Below are positions 1 through 4,830 of a stretch of 5,787 bases of DNA, one piece after another. The DNA comes from a virus (lineage: Duplodnaviria > Heunggongvirae > Uroviricota > Caudoviricetes). Position numbers and translations under genes: made by a program. The notes below the pieces were generated by a model that was not told the DNA's origin, made no database searches, and saw nothing but the letters and a program-made list of their open reading frames with translations. The DNA lies in IMG/VR virus record IMGVR_UViG_2690316210_000008, one strand, 5' to 3'. Every line of letters begins with the position of its first letter. The stretch's first letter is position 1.

Positions 1-109
1 GGCATCCGCATAGTGCGCTGGGTTATCGCTCGCCACGGGAATATCTGTGGCAGCGGGCTTGTAATGGGTTAAGTGATAACAGATGTCTGGAAATATAGGG
101 GCAAATCCA
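1..109 (+). mobile_element. Right terminus (last ~109 bp, including the terminal inverted repeat) of an IS2 insertion sequence (IS3 family); the element body lies upstream of the window
   Basis: Seen: bases 68-109 read GTTAAGTGATAACAGATGTCTGGAAATATAGGGGCAAATCCA, which matches my recollection of the IS2 right inverted repeat ending ...GGGGCAAATCCA. Frame 3 of bases 3-98 encodes ...[25 protein letters not shown], the typical C-terminal tail of the IS2 OrfB transposase. Established: IS2 termini are 5'-TA...CA-3'. No database search was possible, so identity rests on recalled sequence. Confidence 0.8.
3..98 (+). CDS. insD: IS2 transposase OrfB (InsD), extreme C-terminal end; 5' part outside the window
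   Basis: Seen: frame 3 is open from the window edge to TAG at 96-98 and encodes [31 protein letters not shown]. Established: the ...HSALGY.SP.EY... tail is characteristic of IS3-family (rve/DDE) transposases. Only 32 codons are visible. Confidence 0.7.
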   Translation, partial: HPHSALGYRSPREYLWQRACNGLSDNRCLEI

Positions 110-1401
110 CTAATGCCGATGCTAAAATTGATGCAATGCACAAGCAAATCACTACCGAAACAGGTAAAACCGTTCAAGCCTCAGCCGATACTCTCAAGAG
201 TCTGATTGCTACCAGTGAGCAAGCTAGCTCAACTAAGATTGATCAGGTTAAAGCTGAACTGAAAGGCGATATCACCAAAGAAGTTAGCGCCTCCGCTACT
301 ACCCTGAAACAAGCAATTGCTACCAGTGAGGCAGCAAGCGCAAGCAAGATTGATCAAGTTCGGGTAGAAATGGATGGCAAGATTGCTGGTGTGAATCAGG
401 AAGCAGATGTAAAAATCGATGCTTTGAAGGGAACCATTAACAGCAAATATAATCTGGCAGTTAATGCAGATGGTCGCGTGGCTGGTATTCACATGAGCGC
501 AACCAACGATCCGGCGCAACCGACGAGAATCATCTTTAATGCTGATAAAATCGCGGTAGCTCCACAGAACGGGTCGGGGGTATGTCCGTTTGGTATCGAA
601 GGTAACAAGGTTTATCTCGATAATGCCATGATTCGTAATGCTGCAATTGGTACAGCCCAGATTAATGATGCGGCGATTACCACGGCTAAAATCGGCAATG
701 CTGCAATTAACAGCGCGAAGATTCAGGACGGGGCAATCACTAATGCCAAGATCGTAAACGGTGCAATTGATAACGCTAAAATCGGTAACTATATCCAGTC
801 TTCCAACTGGAATGGATCTACCGGATGGCATATCAACAAGAATGGCTCTGCTACGTTCATGAACGCAACCGTTAAAGGTAATATCACGGCTGATTCTGGT
901 ACTCTGAACAACGTCACGATTAACTCTAGCTGTGTTATTAAGGGTATGCTTGAAGCTACTCAGGTTAAGGGTGATTTCGTTAAGGTGATTGGTCGTAAGT
1001 TCCCGCACCGTGATGTTAACGTTGATAATGGTTATGCTGGCTATCCACAAGGTACAGTGACCGTTCGCGTTGAAGATGATCACAAGTTCGATCGTCAAAT
1101 CGTTATTCCGGCAATTAGTTTTGGTGGATTGCGAGCGCGTGAAGGGTCGAACGGTAATACGTTTTACGACACCTGTCGCCTTATTGTTCGTAAGAATGGG
1201 TCAGAGTTGTATAATAGGGCTTATGGCGGCAATACTGGTCTTTACTCTGGTGTTATTGATATGCCAGCGGGTAAGGGTGCTGTAACTCTAACGTTTGAAG
1301 TACACTCAAGCGCAATCAACAACTGGACGCCTAGCACATGGATCAGTGATTTAACTGTAATGGTAACTAAAAAAGCCACTACGGGTATTACTGTTTCTTA
1401 A
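73..1401 (+). CDS. Phage tail fibre / host-specificity (receptor-binding) protein, C-terminal portion; the listed GTG start at 73 lies inside the IS2 terminus, so the native gene is probably 5'-interrupted and native sequence begins about base 110
   Basis: Seen: 442-codon ORF ending TAA 1399-1401. It has two full 37-aa tandem repeats built around a KIDQV motif, five consecutive 10-aa repeats of form I-x-[ND]-[AG]-A-I-x-x-A-K (residues 187-236), and an N/G/T/S-rich C-terminal domain. Inference: this composition and repeat architecture is typical of phage tail fibres. Codons 1-12 are encoded by IS2-derived sequence and there is no Shine-Dalgarno before 73 or before the first in-frame ATG at 136. 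Confidence 0.7.
   Translation: MITDVWKYRGKSTNADAKIDAMHKQITTETGKTVQASADTLKSLIATSEQASSTKIDQVKAELKGDITKEVSASATTLKQAIATSEAASASKIDQVRVEMDGKIAGVNQEADVKIDALKGTINSKYNLAVNADGRVAGIHMSATNDPAQPTRIIFNADKIAVAPQNGSGVCPFGIEGNKVYLDNAMIRNAAIGTAQINDAAITTAKIGNAAINSAKIQDGAITNAKIVNGAIDNAKIGNYIQSSNWNGSTGWHINKNGSATFMNATVKGNITADSGTLNNVTINSSCVIKGMLEATQVKGDFVKVIGRKFPHRDVNVDNGYAGYPQGTVTVRVEDDHKFDRQIVIPAISFGGLRAREGSNGNTFYDTCRLIVRKNGSELYNRAYGGNTGLYSGVIDMPAGKGAVTLTFEVHSSAINNWTPSTWISDLTVMVTKKATTGITVS
175..396 (+). repeat. Two tandem ~111-nt (37-codon) imperfect direct repeats inside the tail-fibre gene, with partial units flanking (about 124-420)
   Basis: Seen: AAGATTGAT (K-I-D) recurs at 235-243 and 346-354, exactly 111 nt apart, within aligned units ...[20 protein letters not shown]... 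and ...[20 protein letters not shown]...; further KID motifs at codons 18 and 114. Confidence 0.8.
631..789 (+). repeat. Five tandem 30-nt (10-codon) repeats encoding I-x-[ND]-[AG]-A-I-x-x-A-K inside the tail-fibre gene
   Basis: Seen in translation: [10 protein letters not shown] / [10 protein letters not shown] / [10 protein letters not shown] / [10 protein letters not shown] / [10 protein letters not shown], then IGN. Confidence 0.8.
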
Positions 1402-1420
1402 AAATTTAATTTTAATAATT

Positions 1421-1460
1421 AATCCCGCTTAATTCTTTAGAGTTAGGCGGGATTATTTTT
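1421..1460 (+). terminator. Putative rho-independent terminator after the tail-fibre gene
   Basis: Seen: AATCCCGC (1421-1428) pairs with GCGGGATT (1447-1454) around an 18-nt loop, followed by ATTTTTAT (1455-1462). The long loop lowers confidence. Confidence 0.45.
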
Positions 1461-1507
1461 ATCTAAATAATTTTGCCATTAAACTATATAAAAATATCGG
1501 GGGCGTA

Positions 1508-1786
1508 ATGACTGAAATTATATATGGCGGTATCGGTGTTATCGCCTTAATTTGTGGTGGATTATGGAGACTTCACCGAAATCAATTAGCCACAGAAAAT
1601 AGATTGTCGAAATTAGAATCCAATGATGCATTGTTTAATCAGAAGTTTGAAACAATGCAGAATAACCACGATCAGATATCCGAGAGAGTTTATCGCATGG
1701 AACAAACCCTTCACGGTATAGAAAAGAAAGTGGTTGCGATGGACGCTAAATTTGACCAAGTTATCGATTTACTCAGACAAAAATAA
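1508..1786 (+). CDS. Small membrane protein with one N-terminal transmembrane helix and a coiled-coil domain (92 aa); possibly a spanin-like or holin-accessory lysis protein
   Basis: Seen: ATG 1508 preceded by GGGGG (1499-1503). Hydrophobic stretch IIYGGIGVIALICGGLW, then a charged heptad-like segment (LSKLESNDALFNQKFETMQNNHDQISERVYRMEQTLHGIEKKVVAMDAKFDQVIDLL). Inference: this topology resembles i-spanins or antiholins; no sequence-level match was recognised. Confidence 0.6.
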   Translation: MTEIIYGGIGVIALICGGLWRLHRNQLATENRLSKLESNDALFNQKFETMQNNHDQISERVYRMEQTLHGIEKKVVAMDAKFDQVIDLLRQK

Positions 1787-1805
1787 TAATAAAAGGGGTG
1801 AATAT

Positions 1806-1976
1806 ATGAAGAATAAACTTAAGAAATATTTTGGTTATCTCTTGATTGTCGCCCTCACTTATAACGTAGCAATCAGACCTCTGCTTACGTCCTTTGGGCT
1901 TAATCTTCCGGCAATGTCCGTTGATGATGAATTGCTCAGGATGATAGCGGGGGTCTTTTCGTTATTAGGGGGATAA
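1806..1976 (+). CDS. Small hydrophobic membrane protein (56 aa); holin candidate
   Basis: Seen: ATG 1806 with Shine-Dalgarno AGGGGTG (1792-1798); the longer track ORF from 1734 would need a TTG start inside the previous gene. Hydrophobic segments YFGYLLIVALTYNVAI and LLRMIAGVFSLLGG. Stop TAA 1974-1976 sits 1 nt before the next ATG. Confidence 0.55.
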   Translation: MKNKLKKYFGYLLIVALTYNVAIRPLLTSFGLNLPAMSVDDELLRMIAGVFSLLGG

Positions 1977-1977
1977 C

Positions 1978-2661
1978 ATGGCAATCAGTACCAATAAACG
2001 AAACGCTCTAAGGACTAAGAAAGCGTTACGGCAATGGACTGATAAGGCAACCGATACATTCGAAAAGGCGATAGGGGAAGGGGCGATCTTTGCTGCTCGC
2101 GCACTCCAGAAGAAGATTAACAAGAATGTTGATAGACCTACTCGCTGGACTCAGCAAGCTGTAGGTAATACCAACTACAAGAACCGGTCAGGGACCAGAC
2201 ACCAAATCTTCATCAAGGGCGCAAGGGATAAGGACAAGAAGATCGGGAGTCAGGATGACTATCTGAAACACTATTTCGATGGTGGCAAAATCAATAAGCT
2301 AGTGCCAATCGCTAACGGCAAGGTCTTAGACTCCCACGGGAACATTAAGGCCATCAAAGGCGGTAAGATGATGCGTAACATCGAAAACGGCAACTTCATC
2401 AAGATAGAGAACAAGGAAGGGACTTTTATCATGAAGAAGTATAAGCCTAAGAAATCCCGAACCAAACGCGCTAGGAATGGATCGGCGGTGGCAAAACGTC
2501 GCTTAGAGAAACGCACACAGAAACAGAGTAAGCGAATTGTTGCCGTTAAGTCGGATAAAATTTCTACTCGTTATTCGACGCTAGGATCGTGGGAAAGCAA
2601 CGAAGTAATGATGCTTAAGAATATCAATAAGCACATTAAATCACGCATGAAATACGTTTAA
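1978..2661 (+). CDS. Highly basic Lys/Arg/Asn-rich hypothetical protein (227 aa), with an especially basic stretch near the C-terminus (KKYKPKKSRTKRARNGSAVAKRRLEKRTQKQSKR); possible nucleic-acid-binding or virion-internal protein
   Basis: Seen: ATG 1978 preceded by GGGGG (1967-1971); stop TAA 2659-2661; no cysteine; no hydrophobic segment. The function is inferred from composition only. Confidence 0.6.
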   Translation: MAISTNKRNALRTKKALRQWTDKATDTFEKAIGEGAIFAARALQKKINKNVDRPTRWTQQAVGNTNYKNRSGTRHQIFIKGARDKDKKIGSQDDYLKHYFDGGKINKLVPIANGKVLDSHGNIKAIKGGKMMRNIENGNFIKIENKEGTFIMKKYKPKKSRTKRARNGSAVAKRRLEKRTQKQSKRIVAVKSDKISTRYSTLGSWESNEVMMLKNINKHIKSRMKYV

Positions 2662-2671
2662 TCCATAAATA

Positions 2672-2696
2672 CCCTCATAAGAATCTTATGGGGGGG
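2672..2696 (+). promoter_or_regulatory. Stem-loop overlapping the Shine-Dalgarno of the following gene (possible translational control or RNA processing site)
   Basis: Seen: CCCTCATAAG (2672-2681) pairs with CTTATGGGGG (2685-2694), a 10-bp stem with one G-U pair and a 3-nt loop. The stem includes G2691-2694 of the GGGGGG Shine-Dalgarno (2691-2696) for ATG 2703. No T-run follows, so it is not a terminator. Confidence 0.35.
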
Positions 2697-2702
2697 TATA
2701 AC

Positions 2703-3050
2703 ATGGCTAAAAATATTTTCACTGAATTTCCTACTTATCCGGTCGATCAGCTTTCCGGTATTTTTATTAATGGCATTAGCCCTGAATCAATGACCTATGA
2801 TTTTGAGGCGAAGAGAGTCCAACATAAACAATTCAAGCAGATGATCCGCGATGATGGTAATGGGCTAGTGTTTTGTGTTGCGACACTCGCTAAACGTCCT
2901 AAGTATCGCTTTCGTGTAGGGCAGGAGATTGATGTAGTTAATCCTTACAACTTCAATTGTATTGGCGATGCACGAGCGGTATGTGTAGGCACAACTAACT
3001 ACTATATCAAGGGACTCCGCTTTACCGGGTATCTCTTCCAGTACCTTTAA
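2703..3050 (+). CDS. Hypothetical protein (115 aa), no recognisable domain
   Basis: Seen: ATG 2703 with GGGGGG 6 nt upstream is preferred over the track start at ATG 2688, which has no Shine-Dalgarno. Stop TAA 3048-3050. Protein MAKNIFTEFPTYPVDQLSGIF... has no motif I recognise. Confidence 0.55.
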   Translation: MAKNIFTEFPTYPVDQLSGIFINGISPESMTYDFEAKRVQHKQFKQMIRDDGNGLVFCVATLAKRPKYRFRVGQEIDVVNPYNFNCIGDARAVCVGTTNYYIKGLRFTGYLFQYL

Positions 3051-3059
3051 GGGGGTAAT

Positions 3060-3413
3060 ATGATCTCTCGTTACTTTCGACGTAAAGAATTTGAATGCAA
3101 ATGTGGGAAGTGCGGACAGGATACCGTAGACGCTGAATTACTGGCAATTCTTGAGGATGTACGCGAATACTTCGGGAAACCAGTAGTTATTAACAGTGCT
3201 AACCGTTGTCCGGCACACAATAAGAAAGTTGGTGGCGCTTCTCGTTCGATTCATATCACGGGCAAGGTCGCAGATATTGTAGTGAAAGGTGTCTCTCCTG
3301 ATATCGTTCACTCTTATCTTGATAGCAAATATCCCGATCAGTATGGTTTAGGCAAATACAAAACCTTTACGCATATCGATTCTAGAGGATATAAGGCTAG
3401 ATGGAATGGATAA
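3060..3413 (+). CDS. Zinc metallopeptidase of the peptidase M15 (M15A/DUF882-like) family; probable phage endolysin (peptidoglycan peptidase)
   Basis: Seen: ATG 3060 preceded by GGGGG (3051-3055). Motifs RRKEFECKCGKCG near the N-terminus, SIHITGKVAD (His-x6-Asp) and THID. Established: H-x6-D plus a downstream H-x-D/H is the zinc-binding signature of M15 peptidases, a family that includes phage endolysins. No signal peptide is evident, so export would need a holin. Confidence 0.8.
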   Translation: MISRYFRRKEFECKCGKCGQDTVDAELLAILEDVREYFGKPVVINSANRCPAHNKKVGGASRSIHITGKVADIVVKGVSPDIVHSYLDSKYPDQYGLGKYKTFTHIDSRGYKARWNG

Positions 3414-4106
3414 AATTAAAGCGCCTCTAGTGGGCGCTTTTTTGTTTTTTTCACGAGGCTGTTTACACGCAGATTGCCATGTACTTACAACAATCAGGCG
3501 ATCGCCTACATGCTTACTAGTACCACTCATGATAGTATGAATTGCCTCATAAGGAAACTGGCGATAATCAACAAAATCATCACGCATTTGCAGCACTAGC
3601 GACGTGGTAGGAACGATGATCAGCACTTTCCCTTCATAGTTCTCTAAGTACCAGCGAGACAACATACAAGCAATCGCAGATTTACCAGCGGACGTAGGCA
3701 AAACTAACATTCCACGTTTATGATGAATACCTTCAAAGACAGCCTTTGATTGATACCAATGCGGGGTGATCCTGTTAGCACCGGAATATAATTCCAGATC
3801 ATTACACCATTTTGTAATTTCTTCTTCTGTAACTTGTTCTTTTTCGAATAAGCGAGGGTCTACCCATACGCTATATCCCATATTTTTAGCGAAGATTCCC
3901 ACGGTTTTAGTTAGGCCGATTGGTAGTCTATTTTCATAGGTAAAAAGTCTTATGCGACCATCCCAATTGGAATACTTAAATTTTTTGCTAAATCTAGCTC
4001 CCTCAACTTCAAAGGAAAAGTAATCCCTTAGTTCCATCGCTATAGAATCAGAGCAATCAATTTTAACGAAACTATAGTCTTGAAAATGAATTTTAATATC
4101 TGGCAT
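3348..4106 (-). pseudogene. uvsW: N-terminal ~220 codons of a T4 UvsW-type SF2 DNA helicase, truncated after motifs I and Ia; the final ~33 codons are unrelated read-through into the antisense of the terminator and endolysin 3' end
   Basis: Seen: P-loop motif LPTSAGKS and motif Ia VLIIVPTTSL are present, but no DExH box or later motifs; the ORF ends ...STWQSACKQPRE then KNKKAPTRGALILSIPSSLISSRIDMRKGFVFA*. Recalled: the N-terminus (MPDIKIHFQDYSFVKIDC...WDGRIRL...PHWYQ..AVFEG) closely parallels T4 UvsW as I remember it, where DECH follows roughly 10 residues after KQPKEW. The likely start is ATG 4104-4106 (Shine-Dalgarno GGAG 8 nt upstream, overlapping the upstream stop as TAATG), not the track's GTG at 4115. 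Confidence 0.7.
3418..3450 (+). terminator. Strong rho-independent terminator after the peptidase gene, likely bidirectional
   Basis: Seen: AAAGCGCC (3418-3425), 7-nt loop TCTAGTG, GGCGCTTT (3433-3440), then TTTTTTGTTTTTTT to 3450. On the minus strand the same hairpin is followed by TTTAATTTTAT. Confidence 0.8.
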
Positions 4107-4675
4107 TAGTTCCACTCCACACTTGCAATATTCTTGATGTTATTCACTTCCTTCTCATTGAAAACGAATGTCTCTGTTTTGCCGTATTCAATCCCGCCTA
4201 TACCTACATCCAGTAATCTCTTGATTGCTCTTTCAGTGGCTAGTGCATGTTTCATTGATGGCATTTCACCAGCGTAGACAATATCAAAGTTATGACCGGG
4301 ATTGCGTACACCCAGATTAATGCGTCGCTTGATGATTGACTTTGTTACACCAAATTTACCAATATCCCCTGATTTCATTACATAGAGATAAGGCACACCC
4401 GCTTTATATTGAAAGTAATCACTTTTGAGACAAGCACAGCGTTTACCTTCATTAAGCAGGTTAGTAGCTGATTTGTCGGCTCTATTACCACATCGGGTAC
4501 ATGTAAGAGCAATTCTTGAATGAAGCCCTTTAAACTCACCCAGAAAGCCATGAAAGACTAACGGTAAGTCATTATCTTTGATGTGAGTCAGAATGCGTTG
4601 TTCTAATGCCGATGGAGTTACAGCACGGGAGGATTTAGGAGTAAAAACAATATCTTTAGCCATTACTGGAATCAT
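4106..4675 (-). CDS. Protein with a Cys-rich zinc-ribbon-like segment and a C-terminal T5orf172/GIY-YIG-superfamily-like domain (189 aa); homing-endonuclease-like selfish gene candidate
   Basis: Seen: ATG 4673-4675 with GAGGT 4 nt upstream; stop TAA 4106-4108. Motifs C-x2-C-x16-C-x-C (CTRCGN...KRCAC) and YLYVMKSGDIGKFGVT...RR. Inference: the Y-hydrophobic ... K-F/I-G-V-T ... R pattern resembles the T5orf172 (GIY-YIG clan) domain. The N-terminus (AKDI.F ... GFLGEFKG) is paralogous to the gene at 4831. Confidence 0.65.
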   Translation of the reverse strand: MIPVMAKDIVFTPKSSRAVTPSALEQRILTHIKDNDLPLVFHGFLGEFKGLHSRIALTCTRCGNRADKSATNLLNEGKRCACLKSDYFQYKAGVPYLYVMKSGDIGKFGVTKSIIKRRINLGVRNPGHNFDIVYAGEMPSMKHALATERAIKRLLDVGIGGIEYGKTETFVFNEKEVNNIKNIASVEWN

Positions 4676-4830
4676 ATAGACCTCACTTTTTTAACTTATA
4701 GGCATAACCTCAATATGGTTGGTTTGTAACATTAGGGTCGCATATTATACACATCCAGATAGAGAATGCAATAGCAAGACAATTTTCTCTAATAAATAGT
4801 AGTGAGCTTATTATTTTAGAGGAAACTACT
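4676..4830. promoter_or_regulatory. 155-bp AT-rich divergent intergenic region, presumed to hold promoters for both flanking genes
   Basis: Seen: no ORF; the flanking genes diverge. Candidate -10-like hexamers are present (TATTAT 4743-4748, ATAAAT 4792-4797) but I could not pair them convincingly with -35 elements. Shine-Dalgarno AGAGGA (4818-4823) precedes ATG 4831. Confidence 0.3.

Noticed and set aside
73-109. GTG 73 as the genuine tail-fibre start codon
   Set aside because: These codons are IS2 inverted-repeat sequence, immediately follow an in-frame TAA (70-72) and have no Shine-Dalgarno. The ORF start is a by-product of the insertion junction.
229-1098. 289-aa minus-strand ORF in the track
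   Set aside because: It lies entirely antisense within the tail-fibre gene, has no Shine-Dalgarno, and its I/N/T/C-rich low-complexity product mirrors the fibre repeats. It is a shadow ORF.
1070-1285. 71-aa + strand ORF in an alternative frame
   Set aside because: It is embedded in the tail-fibre coding region in another frame, with no ribosome-binding site. Its hydrophobic product is most likely an out-of-frame artefact.
1465-1507. Sigma-70-like promoter upstream of the 1508 gene (TTGCCA 1473-1478 with TATAAA-like sequence near 1487-1492)
   Set aside because: The spacing between the candidate -35 and -10 is about 8 bp, too short; this is AT-rich sequence with chance matches. Not called.
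1734-1805. Longer 80-aa form of the small membrane protein starting at 1734
   Set aside because: Position 1734 is a TTG inside the preceding gene with no Shine-Dalgarno. ATG 1806 with AGGGGTG upstream is the credible start.
2271-2516. 81-aa minus-strand ORF
   Set aside because: It is antisense inside the basic-protein gene and has no translation signals.
2688-2702. Track start ATG 2688 for the 120-aa ORF
   Set aside because: ATG 2688 lies inside the hairpin and has no upstream Shine-Dalgarno. ATG 2703 has GGGGGG at the right spacing.
1508-3050. Lipoprotein o-spanin or embedded spanin in the lysis-like cluster
   Set aside because: No small ORF shows a signal peptide followed by a lipobox cysteine, and two of the proteins lack Cys entirely. 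Not supported.
4107-4115. Track start GTG 4115 for the helicase fragment
   Set aside because: ATG 4104-4106 has a better Shine-Dalgarno (GGAG, 8-nt spacer) and the TAATG coupling arrangement; GTG 4115 would add MEL before it without support.
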